From positions 669,863 to 733,862 of the forward strand of contig CAWIMH010000015.1 in NCBI GenBank assembly GCA_963837035.1: a DNA stretch of 64,000 nucleotides, given 5' to 3'. The notes under the pieces were generated by a model. The model was not told where the DNA came from. It saw only the letters and a list, made by a program, of their open reading frames with translations, and did no database searches. This DNA comes from an uncultured Pseudomonadota bacterium (GTDB lineage Bacteria > Desulfobacterota > Binatia > Binatales > Binataceae). Made by a program: the position numbers and the translations under genes. Below are positions 32,186 through 42,630 of this stretch, one piece after another (position 1 is the stretch's first letter; every line of letters begins with the position of its first letter).

Positions 32186-32389
32186 TCACTTGCCTTCGGC
32201 AATCGAGATCGCCTGCTTCGGACACACTCGAATCGCCTTCAGGACACGCTCACGAGCGGATTCCGGCGGATTCTCGATGAGGACGTAAAGCTTGTCATCG
32301 TCCCGCACCTCGAAGATCTCCGGTGCAACCTGCATGCAGCGGGCGTTACTCTCGCAACGATTGTAGTCGACAACGATTTTCGTAGTGAT
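32186..32389 (-). CDS. Small [3Fe-4S]/[4Fe-4S] ferredoxin (P450 redox partner). Start codon unresolved.
   Basis: Reverse-strand frame (VQRGA)ITTKIVVDYNRCESNARCMQVAPEIFEVRDDDKLYVLIENPPESARERVLKAIRVCPKQAISIAEGK*. It ends 9 nt before the P450 ATG. A GGAG motif sits 8 nt before an ACG where homologs have ATG. Confidence 0.55.
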   Translation of the reverse strand: MTTKIVVDYNRCESNARCMQVAPEIFEVRDDDKLYVLIENPPESARERVLKAIRVCPKQAISIAEGK

Positions 32390-32478
32390 AGCTCCGCGTT
32401 GGACTTCAAAGCGGAATGTTAAGCTATCCGCGGGTAGCTAGCCAAGCGACAGTTGCATCGTATTCCGTCGGAACCCCT

Positions 32479-33120
32479 TCAAGGAAATGGCAGCGAAGGC
32501 TGGTTCGCGGACGACGGTTTGATCCGCATCACCGCACGCTCATATTCCAATAGCCGCCGTTTGCACTCGAGCCCCCAGCGGTATCCCGTGAGCGATCCGT
32601 CCGCGCCAAGCGCACGATGACACGGGACCACGATCGCGATGGGATTGGACCCGTTTGCGTGACCCACCGCTCGCGCCGCGTCCGGGCGCCCGATCCGGCG
32701 TGTGATTTCCCCGTATGATCGGGTGGCGCCCCGGGGAATAGCGCACAATTCGCTCCAAACCGCACCTTGAAAAGCCGTGGCACGAATATCGATCGGAAGT
32801 TCCAGTTCCGCGGTCTCGCCGGTCACGAATTTGAAGATGTCACGAACCAGCGCCTCGGTCGCCCGGTCACCGGATAGAAACTCGGCTCCGGGATAGTCTT
32901 CGTGAAGTTCCGACTCCAGATGGGTGGTTGATTCGTGAATACCCAGCCAGGTCAAGCCACTAGGGGTCGCCGCCGCCAGAACCGGGCCAAAGGGTGAGTC
33001 GGCTATCGCCCAGCCCATTCGGGCTCCTCTACCACCGTAGCCGTAACTCGCCGCGCCGAGTCGCAATTGGCCAATCCCATCTCTGCCGAAATAGTGCAGA
33101 GCACCTCGATTCGTGTCCAT
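32479..33120 (-). CDS. ogt: Methylated-DNA--protein-cysteine methyltransferase
   Basis: Active-site motif IVVPCHRAL. The start at 33120 or at 33021 is uncertain. Confidence 0.8.
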   Translation of the reverse strand: MDTNRGALHYFGRDGIGQLRLGAASYGYGGRGARMGWAIADSPFGPVLAAATPSGLTWLGIHESTTHLESELHEDYPGAEFLSGDRATEALVRDIFKFVTGETAELELPIDIRATAFQGAVWSELCAIPRGATRSYGEITRRIGRPDAARAVGHANGSNPIAIVVPCHRALGADGSLTGYRWGLECKRRLLEYERAVMRIKPSSANQPSLPFP

Positions 33121-33337
33121 GTCCGCCTTCCTTTGCGCCACCCGGCCCCTCATCCGTGTTGATTAGGCCGGCAATGTTTAGCTTCTAGCGTGTACTACGT
33201 TGGATAATCGGTCGAGAGTATGTCTGTGAATAGATGTAACCCCGCGCGGTCGCGCCTGTGAACAGACTGACGCAAGAGGGGTTAAGCTTGAATACTCATA
33301 CCTGATAAATTCAATGCCAAAGTCGGCTGGACGGGGC

Positions 33338-34498
33338 ATGTTACGGACTAGAGAAGATCTCGAAGACATCGAAGCGCAAACCCTCGCGCCGTATGCCATG
33401 CGCGCACGGGAAAGCCGGGGACGGCGCTTTTCCCAGCCGCCCCATCCGATGCGCACCTGTTTCCAACGCGACCGAGACCGAGTGATTCATTCGGCGGCCT
33501 TTCGCCGCCTGGAATACAAGACCCAGGTATTCGTCAACCATGAGGGCGATTACTACCGCACTCGCCTAACTCATACGATGGAAGCGGCGCAGATTACGCG
33601 CACGGTCGCGCGCGCGCTCGCGCTCAACCAGGACCTGGCTGAGGCAGTGGCCCTGGCGCACGATCTGGGCCATACCCCGTTTGGTCATGCCGGCGAGCGC
33701 GTTCTCAACGATCTCATGCGACCGCACGGCGGGTTCGACCATAATGCACAAAGCCTGCGGACCGTGGATTGGATTGAGGTGCGCTACCCGGAATTTCGCG
33801 GACTCAACCTGAGCTACGAGGTTCGCGAGGGTATCGTCAAACATTCCGCCTTTAAAGGACGGGCCGAGGCCGTGGAATTCGACGAGCAGCTATATCCGTG
33901 TCTCGAGGCGCAGATTGTCGATCTTGCCGACGAGATCGCCTACCTCGCCCATGACGTCGATGACGGTCTAAAAGCCCAGATGCTGACGGCAGGAGACCTC
34001 GAAGCCTCGCGTCTTTACTGTGAGGCGGTCGCCGATGTGAGTGCCAGCGGTCTACCGATGGCCGACAGTGTCGCCCGCTACCAGACCGTTATCCGGATGA
34101 TCAATGTGATGGTGACCGACCTGGTCTCCAACATCGATCGCGAAATTGATCGGACCGGGGTTGCAAGCGTGCAGGAAGTCAGGAATGCGGGCATCGCGCT
34201 GGCTTGCTTCAGTCCGCAGGTTGCGAAGCAGGTCACCGAACTAAAGCAAATCATGCGCGATCGTCTCTATCGCCATTACCGAGTGATCCGGATGACCGAG
34301 AAAGCGGGGAGGGTGCTCGCGCGCTTGTTCGAGTCCTATATGAGTGAACCGCGGCAATTGCCTGATCATGTGCTGGTGCGGACCGAGGGCGAGGGAGAGC
34401 CCCTCGCACGGGTGGTTGCCGATTACATAGCTGGGATGACGGATCGGTTCGCGATGGACGAATATCGCAAGCTATTCGATCCTGACGAACGTGTATGA
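33338..34498 (+). CDS. dgt: dGTPase-like deoxynucleoside triphosphate triphosphohydrolase (HD domain)
   Basis: HD motif AHDLGHTPFGHAGE and the dGTP triphosphohydrolase family layout. Confidence 0.8.
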   Translation: MLRTREDLEDIEAQTLAPYAMRARESRGRRFSQPPHPMRTCFQRDRDRVIHSAAFRRLEYKTQVFVNHEGDYYRTRLTHTMEAAQITRTVARALALNQDLAEAVALAHDLGHTPFGHAGERVLNDLMRPHGGFDHNAQSLRTVDWIEVRYPEFRGLNLSYEVREGIVKHSAFKGRAEAVEFDEQLYPCLEAQIVDLADEIAYLAHDVDDGLKAQMLTAGDLEASRLYCEAVADVSASGLPMADSVARYQTVIRMINVMVTDLVSNIDREIDRTGVASVQEVRNAGIALACFSPQVAKQVTELKQIMRDRLYRHYRVIRMTEKAGRVLARLFESYMSEPRQLPDHVLVRTEGEGEPLARVVADYIAGMTDRFAMDEYRKLFDPDERV

Positions 34499-34504
34499 AC
34501 GCAA

Positions 34505-35173
34505 ATGGGGGAGCGGGGTGGGGCGGTGATCAAGGTTCGCCAACGCAAAACAATTACGATCCTACGCGACGATCATATCGGCGACTCGATTGGTGCCATG
34601 TTTCTCGATTGCTCGCCCGAGTATCAGGACACGATCCTCGAGCGCCTCGGCGCCTACCTCGGCCCCCGTGTCAAAATCCTGAAGCTCGAACTCGCTCAGG
34701 ATCGCGCAGAAGTGGAGATCGAGGTGCGATCCTTCGTGGAAGAGTCGACCCGGCTCGCCGCCACGGCTCGTGAGCTGAGCCGCAAGGGTGCCCGCCGCAG
34801 CTCTTTGTCGATGTATCGCGACGCGCTCGATCTCGACCCCGTCAACTACAAGGCCGCCCTCGGCTTGGGCCTCCTGCTCGCCGAACTCGAACAATGCGCT
34901 GAATCTCTAAAGTATCTCAAGCTGGCGCGTGAGTGCGGAACCGACGATCCCCAGTTGCTCTACTCGCTAGGCCGCGTTTCCCTGAAAATGGACCGCACGG
35001 CAGCCGCGATCGAATACTTTGAGCGCGCCTTTGAAATCGATCCTGGCCACTTCGCCGTCCGGCGCGCCCTTGCTGAACTCGGCCGGAAGCCCAGGCCGCA
35101 TCTACAACGGCCGCGATCAGACAAGCCTCAGACCTTCACCGTCGTCGCCGCGAAAAAGGAACATCCCGCCTGA
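34505..35173 (+). CDS. Tetratricopeptide-repeat protein
   Basis: 222 aa with TPR-like helices (YKAALGLGLLLAELEQ, AIEYFERAFEIDPGH). Confidence 0.45.
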   Translation: MGERGGAVIKVRQRKTITILRDDHIGDSIGAMFLDCSPEYQDTILERLGAYLGPRVKILKLELAQDRAEVEIEVRSFVEESTRLAATARELSRKGARRSSLSMYRDALDLDPVNYKAALGLGLLLAELEQCAESLKYLKLARECGTDDPQLLYSLGRVSLKMDRTAAAIEYFERAFEIDPGHFAVRRALAELGRKPRPHLQRPRSDKPQTFTVVAAKKEHPA

Positions 35174-35285
35174 ACGGCCTGTATGCGTGAACGCGCTCCG
35201 AATCCGCCCATACGGCGGAGACTGCCCCATCTAGCGGCGCAGCCGGGTAGCGCGTTGCCCGGTGCCTCTCTATGATTGGTGCGCT

Positions 35286-36293
35286 ATGGGATTAAAGAGT
35301 TTCCTGGCAAAAGTCGGCAACTGCGCACTGGCCCTTAGCGTAATCGCGGTTACAACGGCAAGTTTACATAATATATCTTATGCGAAGTTGAACGCAGCGT
35401 GGGATTCTTATCGGGGGACCGCCTGGGCGGCTGATCAATCTGCGGCCAAATCCACCTCAGCCGCCAAAAAACTCGATCCCGCGCATCCGGATACCGCAAC
35501 TGAAGCACAGCTCAAGGCCGCCTTGCAGAAGCGCCTCCTCGTGCCGAACCCAGGCGATTTGTCCATCGGCGCTCCATCGCCGGGACCGTTCCCGGGAACA
35601 ATCAGCCGCACCGTGACGATTAATGGTCCGGACGGCCAGAAGTTCGAAGTCGAGTACTTCAGCAATACCGCCGGCGATAGGGGCGTATTGGCGCAACGGT
35701 TTGCGCTGTTTGACCTGGCGCACCCATGGGAACACGCCGATATGAAGACTATTCATCTCGACAACCGCGCCACGCTGGGCCCTGCCGATGCGCCGATACA
35801 GGTCGTGGAATTTGCCGATTTCGAATGTCCCTATTGCGCGCGCGCGTTTACCGAAGTCGAAACCCTGGTCAATACGACCTACAAAGGCCGCGTACATCTG
35901 ACTTGGAAGAACTTTCCCCTGGGGGTTCATCCGTGGGCAGAGCAAGCGGCCATTGCCGCGGAGTGCGTCCGTCAGCAGAATCCCGCCGCCTTCTGGAGTA
36001 TAGCCGGCGACTTCTACCGCGATCAGAGCGACATCAGCGTGCAGAACCTGCGCGACCATATCTACGGCTACGCCAAGAACCTGGGGCTGGATGCGAAGGC
36101 GCTCAACGCCTGCATCCTAGGCAACGATGCCGAGGCTCGCGTCGCGGAGGATAAAAAGGATGGTGCCGCGATCCATCTCAATTCGACACCGACGTTCCTC
36201 GTCAATGGCGTACCAGTGGTAGGGCTGCCCAGCAGCAACGTCTTTGATTTCGTGATCACGTCGCAGTTGCACGAACGTAACGCGACCCGCTAG
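35286..36293 (+). CDS. DsbA-family thiol:disulfide oxidoreductase (thioredoxin fold, CPYC active site), secreted
   Basis: Signal peptide MGLKSFLAKVGNCALALSVIAVTTA. Active site FADFECPYCARAF. N-terminal low-complexity extension. Confidence 0.7.
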   Translation: MGLKSFLAKVGNCALALSVIAVTTASLHNISYAKLNAAWDSYRGTAWAADQSAAKSTSAAKKLDPAHPDTATEAQLKAALQKRLLVPNPGDLSIGAPSPGPFPGTISRTVTINGPDGQKFEVEYFSNTAGDRGVLAQRFALFDLAHPWEHADMKTIHLDNRATLGPADAPIQVVEFADFECPYCARAFTEVETLVNTTYKGRVHLTWKNFPLGVHPWAEQAAIAAECVRQQNPAAFWSIAGDFYRDQSDISVQNLRDHIYGYAKNLGLDAKALNACILGNDAEARVAEDKKDGAAIHLNSTPTFLVNGVPVVGLPSSNVFDFVITSQLHERNATR

Positions 36294-36382
36294 CCGAGCG
36301 TCCGATCGTCGCCGCGAGGGCGAACGGCTCTCAGGGTACGTTGCATTTTTGCAACAGGCTGTTAGCGACCCAGGACTTCGAG

Positions 36383-37189
36383 CTAATGTGCAACGGCCGT
36401 GTGTGTGGACGCTCCCGGTGTGGCGCTAACGCCCGCCGTTGACGTTACGATCTTGTTAGATGGATTTACGGACGATTCAGTAACGACCGCGCCATTCGTG
36501 GGCTTCATGCCTTCTGGTGGGGCGCCCAAGTTAGCGAGCGCCTCAACCACGTCCGGGCGCTGCTCAGCATAGGGATTGGTTTTCAGAAACGCCTGGTACG
36601 CTGCGATCGCGCCCCGGCGGTCGCCCAGCAGAGCGAGCATGCGCGCACTGTCCAGCGCAGCCCGCGCTCGCTCTGGACCCTCTATCGCCGCCGCGCGAGC
36701 GTACGCGTCGCGCGCCTTTTTGAAGTCCCCAAGGTCTTCGTTGGCGGAGCCCAGTTGGCAAAGGGCAAGCTGCGTGAATGGCGGCGTGCCGCCAGCCTGA
36801 ATATAAGCCGCGAAAGCGTCCCGGGCCTTCGACGGTTGTGCCAGGTCCAGGTAGGTGCTCCCTAGGTAGAAAAGTGCCATGCGGCCAAGACTCTGACCGG
36901 GTTGACTGTCGGCAAGCTGCTTGAAACCCTGCTCCGCCGCCTTGTAGTCCTTGCGTTCGAGCGCGCTGACGGCAGTGTAAAAATCCTCGGCCGCGATGCG
37001 CTGTTGATGCTGATAATAGAAGCGAAATGCGAAAATGATCCCGAGAAGGGCAACGAGTGCGACCGCACCGAAGATGACGCGGCTGAGGTTCCCCTCAACA
37101 AAGGCAAGAGCTTGGTCGAGAAAACTGATGAACTCGTCGGGTTGCTTCAGCTCCTTGCGCGAGAGCTTGGGACGCGTCGTAGTTGCCAT
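36383..37189 (-). CDS. Membrane-anchored TPR-repeat protein (YfgM-like)
   Basis: 268 aa. A single TM helix (VIFGAVALVALLGIIFAF) followed by TPR repeats. Confidence 0.5.
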   Translation of the reverse strand: MATTTRPKLSRKELKQPDEFISFLDQALAFVEGNLSRVIFGAVALVALLGIIFAFRFYYQHQQRIAAEDFYTAVSALERKDYKAAEQGFKQLADSQPGQSLGRMALFYLGSTYLDLAQPSKARDAFAAYIQAGGTPPFTQLALCQLGSANEDLGDFKKARDAYARAAAIEGPERARAALDSARMLALLGDRRGAIAAYQAFLKTNPYAEQRPDVVEALANLGAPPEGMKPTNGAVVTESSVNPSNKIVTSTAGVSATPGASTHTAVAH

Positions 37190-37257
37190 CGAGTGAATTC
37201 AGGCCAGACCAGGCCTGAGACTGGGACTTGGAGCGTTGCTGCTCCGCGACGCAGAGG

Positions 37258-37765
37258 TCACATCTTGTACTTGAAGTCGTCGGGCGACATTTTCTCGAGA
37301 ATCTCCGACCATTTGTCGCGTGAAACCCCAGCGAGGTTGTGGTCCGTGGTCTCAGCGCCCTGCTCTGCCGCCTCGTGTAATTCGCTCGAAACCTCGAGCA
37401 CTGCTTTAGCGACATAGATCGGTGACTTGGTGCGCAATGCAACCGAGATTGCATCGCTCGGACGTGCGTCGATATGCAGCGGATTGCCTTCGCGCGTCTT
37501 CACTTCGATCCGCGCGAAGTAAGTATTCTCCCGCAACTCGGTGATCTCGATCGCTTCGACGGTCGCGCCAAGCTCGCCCAGAATGTTGCGCAGCAGATCA
37601 TGGGTCATCGGGCGCTGCGGCTTGATCCCCTCGATTTCCGTCGCCATCGAGGCCGCTTCGAGCGGTCCGATCCAGATAGGCAGGTTGAGTCTTATTGTCG
37701 GGATCCTTGAGCACTACGATCGGCATCTTGGTCGTGGGATCGAGCGTAAGTCCGCCAACCATCAT
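37258..37765 (-). pseudogene. Bifunctional nuclease (BFN/DUF151) family protein with an apparent single frameshift near 37675
   Basis: Frame A reads MMVGGLTLDPTTKMPIVVLKDPDNK. Frame B reads LPIWIGPLEAASMATEIEGIKPQRPMTHDLLRNILGELG... through to the stop at 37258. Together the two frames reconstruct a canonical BFN protein. Confidence 0.6.
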
Positions 37766-37932
37766 CAGAATAAATCTTCCTTCGGACCGGTCATAGCAGG
37801 TCTCTTTGATGAAAGCCCCCGAAAGGCCGGCGTGCGCAAAAGCGCCTGATCGTGCATCTCGAACCTCAATTTTGGACGAAAGCGCCCGCACGGTCAACCG
37901 GACCCACGACGCGACGGTCTCGACCAGCCACT

Positions 37933-39362
37933 TTAGCGCGGCACCAACTGATCGATAACCCGATACAGCTGATTCAGGTTGCGGCACTCCTCCACCAGGT
38001 CGCAGTGAATTGCGTACCGCTCCATCTCGCTGTCGCCGAATCCCCACGTGTTGCGGCTTTCCGGATTGAGCCAGATTATGCGCCGGGCGCGCTGTTTGAT
38101 TTCGCGCAGGCACCAGTCATGCGGCAGATTGTAGTTGTTGCGCGCATCGCCAAGAATAATGACCGTAGTCCGTTTGTTAACCGCGCCCAGATGATCGGTG
38201 ACGAAATTGCGGAACGACCGGCCGAAATCCGAGTGCGCGTACACGTTGATGATATCACCCTTCAAGCGCTACGTCGAGCGCTTCCTTTACATCGTTGGTG
38301 CGAAAATGTTCTCGGTGACTTCACCGACATCCGAAACGAACACAAAGCTGCGCACTCGCGAGTAAAGATCCTGCAACGAATAGACGAACTGCAGCATGAA
38401 GCGCGACGCATTGCGTACCGAATCCGAAACGTCGCACATGATCAGAATCTGCGGCTTTTCGCGCTTGCGCTTCTCGAAACGCAGCTTGAACGGCACACCG
38501 CCGTTGACCAGGTTCACCCGTAGCGTGCGCTTGATGTCGAAGCGGCCTTTCTTCATCCGCTTGCGCCGCACGGCGATGATGTTCTTCAGGCGCTGCGCCA
38601 GCCGGGTCACCGCTTCGCGCATCTTGTCCAGCTCTTCATCGCTCAGGTAGTAGAAGCTCTTGTCGGCGAGCTGGTTCATCCGCTGACTCTTCGCGCGACT
38701 TCATGTCGCGCTTCTCGCGCTCCTGCCGCACGTACTTGCGGATGATGTCGTCGAGCATCTTGAGCCGGCGATCGAGATACTCCTCCATCTTGGCGCGCAG
38801 GGCAGAGCCCAGGTCGAGCTTGGAGAGTTGCTCGCGCAGCTCCTTGATCTCCTGCTCGAGCTTGTCGAAGCCGAGCGCGCGGGCCAGTGCGCGCGCGAAG
38901 TAATTCTCCTCGATCGTGCGCTGAATTCCCTGCATGCGGACGGCGCGGGCCGCCTCGCGCATCATGCGCTCGAGCTGGCCGTCGCTGATTCTGCAGCAGT
39001 TGCTTGGCCAGCTCGGAGAGCTCGTCGCCATGCTCCTTGAGCATCTCCTCCATCTGGTCGAGAAACTGCTGGAAGTCCTGGTCCGACATCGAGAGCGCGT
39101 CCTGCACCGCCTTGCTGGCGCCCTTGATGATCTCGCCGAGTCCGGTGAAATAGACGTCAAAGAGCTCTTCGAACACCGGCAGCTCGTTGGCCCGCTTGAT
39201 CATGGTCGTGCGCAACGCCGAGCGGAACGAGATCGCGCTCGCCCAGACCGGTCACATCCGCGGCGCTAATCGCGTCGAGCGTTTCGGCGAGCGAGACCCT
39301 GATCGCCGTTCTGGCGCAGCAGATTGGCGAATTCGACCAGCTTTTCTTCCATTCGGCGTACA
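37933..39362 (-). pseudogene. vWA-domain protein (CoxE/VWA-MoxR-associated family) with multiple frameshifts and two in-frame stops
   Basis: Pieces found in different frames: MEEKLVEFANLLRQNGDQ | RVSLAETLDAISAADVTGL | ...MIKRANELPVFEELFDVYFTGLGE... | ...KPQILIMCDVSDSVRNASRF...IFAPTM | LKGDIINVYAHSDFGRSF...ILGDARNNY (vWA MIDAS-type). Between IFAPTM and LKGDI the same frame reads taa agg aag cgc tcg acg tag. Confidence 0.6.
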
Positions 39363-39423
39363 TCCGCCCGTGATGCCGCCCGCGGCGATGCGCGCGGTGC
39401 GGCCTCCCGGCTAAGCTCTTCAG

Positions 39424-40406
39424 TTAAGTAGATCCTTGTCGCTGCTGCTGCCGCCGGCCGGCGCCTTTTCGGTGCCTGCCGCGCCGCGTCCGCACCCGCC
39501 GCATGTATTCCTTGAGCTCCTCCTGCGCCTTGCGCACGTCGCCCTCGTACTTGACGATCGTGTCGAGCGTCTCGTCGACCAGCGCGCTGTCGAGGTTCTG
39601 CACATTGAGCAGCGTCAGCGCCTTGACCCAATCCAGCGTCTCGCTGATACCGGGGGTCTTTTTCGAGATCGAGCTTGCGCAGCGACTGCACCACCTGACG
39701 ACTTCCTCGGCCAGCGCTGTCCGCGGCCTCCGGTACTTTGAGCTTGACGATCGCGAGCTCCTGGTCCTTGGTCGGGGAAATCGATGTACAGATGCAGGCA
39801 GCGGCGCTTGAGCGCGTCGGACATCTCGCGCGCGTTGTTGGAGGTCAGGATGACCAGCGGAATTTGCTTGGCCTTGAAGGTGCCGATTTCCGGCACCGTC
39901 ACCTGAAAGTCGGAGAGCAGTTCGAGCAGGAAGGCCTCGAACTCGGCATCGGCTTTGTCGATTTCGTCGATCAGCAGCACGACCGGCTTGTCCGAAGTGA
40001 TCGCCTTCATCAGCGGCCGCGGCAACACGAAACGCTCGGAGAAGAACACCTCGTCTTCGGCCGCAATTTTGTCGACCGCTTGCGCCAGACCCTTGCGTGC
40101 CGACCAGCACCTCGCTGATCTTGTCCTTGAGGATCTGCGTATAGAGCAGCTGCTTGGCGTACTCCCATTCGTATAGCGCCTTGCCTTCGTCGAGACCCTC
40201 GTAACACTGCAGACGGATCAGGTCGTGCTTCGAGCGGCGGCCGCAAGCACTTTGGCGAGATCGGTCTTGCCGACACCCGCGGGCCCTTCGACCAGCACCG
40301 GCTTTTGCATCGCGCTTGCCAGATAGACGACCGTCGCGATGCGACGGCTGGCGATGTAGTTGTTCGCGGCGAAGCGCTCGATAACCTCGTCGATCGATGA
40401 AAACAT
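39424..40406 (-). pseudogene. MoxR-family AAA+ ATPase (CbbQ/NorQ-like, AAA_5) with three or more frameshifts
   Basis: Fragments: MFSSIDEVIERFAANNYIASRRIATVVYLASAMQKPVLVEGPAGVGKTDLAKVLA | DLIRLQCYEGLDEGKALYEWEYAKQLLYTQ | VFFSERFVLPRPLMKAITSDKPVVLLIDEIDKADAEFEAFLLELLSDFQVTVPEIG...VILTSNNAREMSDALKRRCLHLYIDFP | C-terminal ETLDWVKALTLL. Confidence 0.6.
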
Positions 40407-40521
40407 TAAGCCTCCTCGTTCGCTGCGGCTGGCGCACCCCTGCCGCGCAATTGAAGTTCAATATCACGACGGCTGCGCTGGGGGAAACTGGTATTGAAGT
40501 TAGATTCCAGACCCGCCCGGC

Positions 40522-41739
40522 TCAAATGTGCAGTTCTTCGGGGACCAGCCGGTCAAGATCGAAGCGTTCGCGGGACAGCGCGGCCGCGTCGAACATCCCG
40601 AACGATCCATTGGCGATTAAATTCGCCAGCGCTTGCCCAGCCCCATACGACTGCATCACGCCGCGTCCGCTGAACGAATGCGCCTCGTAGATCCGCGGCG
40701 CCGCCAGTCCCAGAATCGCGCTGCGGTCCGGGCTGACCTCGTACAGGCCCGCCCAACCGGTCACATGGCGCAGTCGCTCGCAACAACTCATCCGCGCATA
40801 CATCCGCGGCCAGATTTCGTCGACAAAAAACGGCTCGCCGTCGTAGTTGAAGTGATGCCCCGGTGGCGTATCGGGCGGCGAATAGCCGGCCAGGATGTGT
40901 TGCCCCTCGTTATGGAAATAGATTCCGGAGGTATCGACGATCATCCCGTACGCCGAAAAGTTCGTGATCCGATTATCGACCAGGCAAATCTGCCGCCGGA
41001 TCGGCTCGCTATAATTCTTGAGCCCGAACAACGTCATCGCATTGTCGGACCAGGCTCCCGCGGTGATCGCCACCGCTCCTGCCTGCAGTTCGAACAGATG
41101 CCCCGCCGCGGCCTCCCCCGGCCCGTCTTCAGTCATCATCCGGATCAGCCCTGCGTCGCTCAAGGCGTGTTCCGACTGCCAACATTGCAGCCGCACACCG
41201 TTGGCATCGGCCGCCGCCTGGTGCACGTATGCGTGGTCAAAGTAGACCGCCCCGAGCCCGCGCGAACGCGCCCGGTAGTGCTCCTTGAGCAGGTTGGGGT
41301 TGATCAGTCCGTCTCCCGGAGAGAAGGTCGCGCCAGCGATTCCGTCGAGCCTATCGATCTCCGGAACGCGACGATGCACCTGTAGCGCTGTCAGTGGTTC
41401 GATCGAATGGCCGAGTGATTGCTGCAATTTCAGATGTTGGCAGGCCTTCGGCCAGGTTTCCGCGTCATAGAGCCACAGATAGCCGCTCTGCCTGAAACCG
41501 ACTTCCGCGCGAATCGTCTCATAGTACCGAATCGAGGCCTGGCACAGGCGGATATTCACCGGTTGCCACCATGTCGCGCGCACGCCGCCCGCGTTCTTTT
41601 CGCTGGAGCTCAGCCGTCCGCTGAGGTCGATGTCAACCACCGCGGTACGCAGCCCACGCTCGGCCAACCCCATCGCTGCGGAACTACCGATAATCCCGCC
41701 GCCGATTATGACCACATCGTAGCGTTCGTTGGCCGGCAC
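40522..41739 (-). CDS. FAD-dependent oxidoreductase (DAO family)
   Basis: 405 aa. Dinucleotide-binding motif DVVIIGGGIIGSSAAMGLAERG. Glycine/sarcosine oxidase-like. Confidence 0.8.
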   Translation of the reverse strand: MPANERYDVVIIGGGIIGSSAAMGLAERGLRTAVVDIDLSGRLSSSEKNAGGVRATWWQPVNIRLCQASIRYYETIRAEVGFRQSGYLWLYDAETWPKACQHLKLQQSLGHSIEPLTALQVHRRVPEIDRLDGIAGATFSPGDGLINPNLLKEHYRARSRGLGAVYFDHAYVHQAAADANGVRLQCWQSEHALSDAGLIRMMTEDGPGEAAAGHLFELQAGAVAITAGAWSDNAMTLFGLKNYSEPIRRQICLVDNRITNFSAYGMIVDTSGIYFHNEGQHILAGYSPPDTPPGHHFNYDGEPFFVDEIWPRMYARMSCCERLRHVTGWAGLYEVSPDRSAILGLAAPRIYEAHSFSGRGVMQSYGAGQALANLIANGSFGMFDAAALSRERFDLDRLVPEELHI

Positions 41740-41814
41740 ACCTCTATTTTACCAGATGGGCGCAGTCAGTCGCCCCCCTTGTGCTTCGCCCGTCCGATTT
41801 GCAATTTTTCACTT

Positions 41815-42630
41815 ATGTGCACGCTCGCCATCTACTTCAAGACGTTCGCGGACTATCCCGTCGTGGTAGCCGCCAATCGCGACGAGTATCTGGCGCGGCC
41901 GGCGCTGCCGCCGACCACACTGGAGGAGACCCCACATATCATTGGCGGCAAGGATTTGCGCGCCAGCGGAACCTGGCTGGGTATCAACCAGCACGGCGTC
42001 GTCGCGGGTCTGCTTAACCGCCGCAATGGCGCCCAAGAGAACGACCTTGCGCTGCGTTCGCGGGGGTTGCTCTGTCTCGATGCATTGCGCCGTGCCAGCG
42101 CGTCAGAGGCGGTCCGTTTCGTGGAGGGTCAGAACGGTGCGGATTACAACCCGTTCAATCTGCTGATCGCCTCTCGCGAGGAAAGCTTCGTTGCCTACAA
42201 TCGCTGGGGCAAGATCGAAACGGTGCGTCTCACCCCGGGCCTTCATCTGCTGACCAATATCGACATCGACGATTTCGAGTGTCCACGCATCAGCCGCTCC
42301 CACGGCCGGTTCGCGCAACTCGGAGCGCGTGAAGACTTTGCCCGCGATCCGGTCGCCCTGCGCGGCGAACTTCACAAGTTGCTCGCCGACCACTCGACCC
42401 AGCTCGATCCGCGATCGGGGCGACCGAATTCGCTCTGTCTCCACCTGACGATCCCCTTGCCCGAGAGCGGCTATGCGAAGCATGGCGAATACGGCACCCG
42501 CTCATCGAGCCTGATCTTCATGGACCGGGCAGGCCGCCGCATAGAGCATTTCTTTGCTGCTGGTCCCCCCTGCACCACCTCCTACGAACCGGCGATAGTG
42601 CCGCGGACGATCGCAGTTGCATCGCCGTAG
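41815..42630 (+). CDS. NRDE-family protein (DUF833)
   Basis: Starts MCTLAIYFKTFADYPVVVAANRDEY (NRDE motif). 271 aa. The track ORF begins 132 codons earlier without homology. Confidence 0.7.
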   Translation: MCTLAIYFKTFADYPVVVAANRDEYLARPALPPTTLEETPHIIGGKDLRASGTWLGINQHGVVAGLLNRRNGAQENDLALRSRGLLCLDALRRASASEAVRFVEGQNGADYNPFNLLIASREESFVAYNRWGKIETVRLTPGLHLLTNIDIDDFECPRISRSHGRFAQLGAREDFARDPVALRGELHKLLADHSTQLDPRSGRPNSLCLHLTIPLPESGYAKHGEYGTRSSSLIFMDRAGRRIEHFFAAGPPCTTSYEPAIVPRTIAVASP

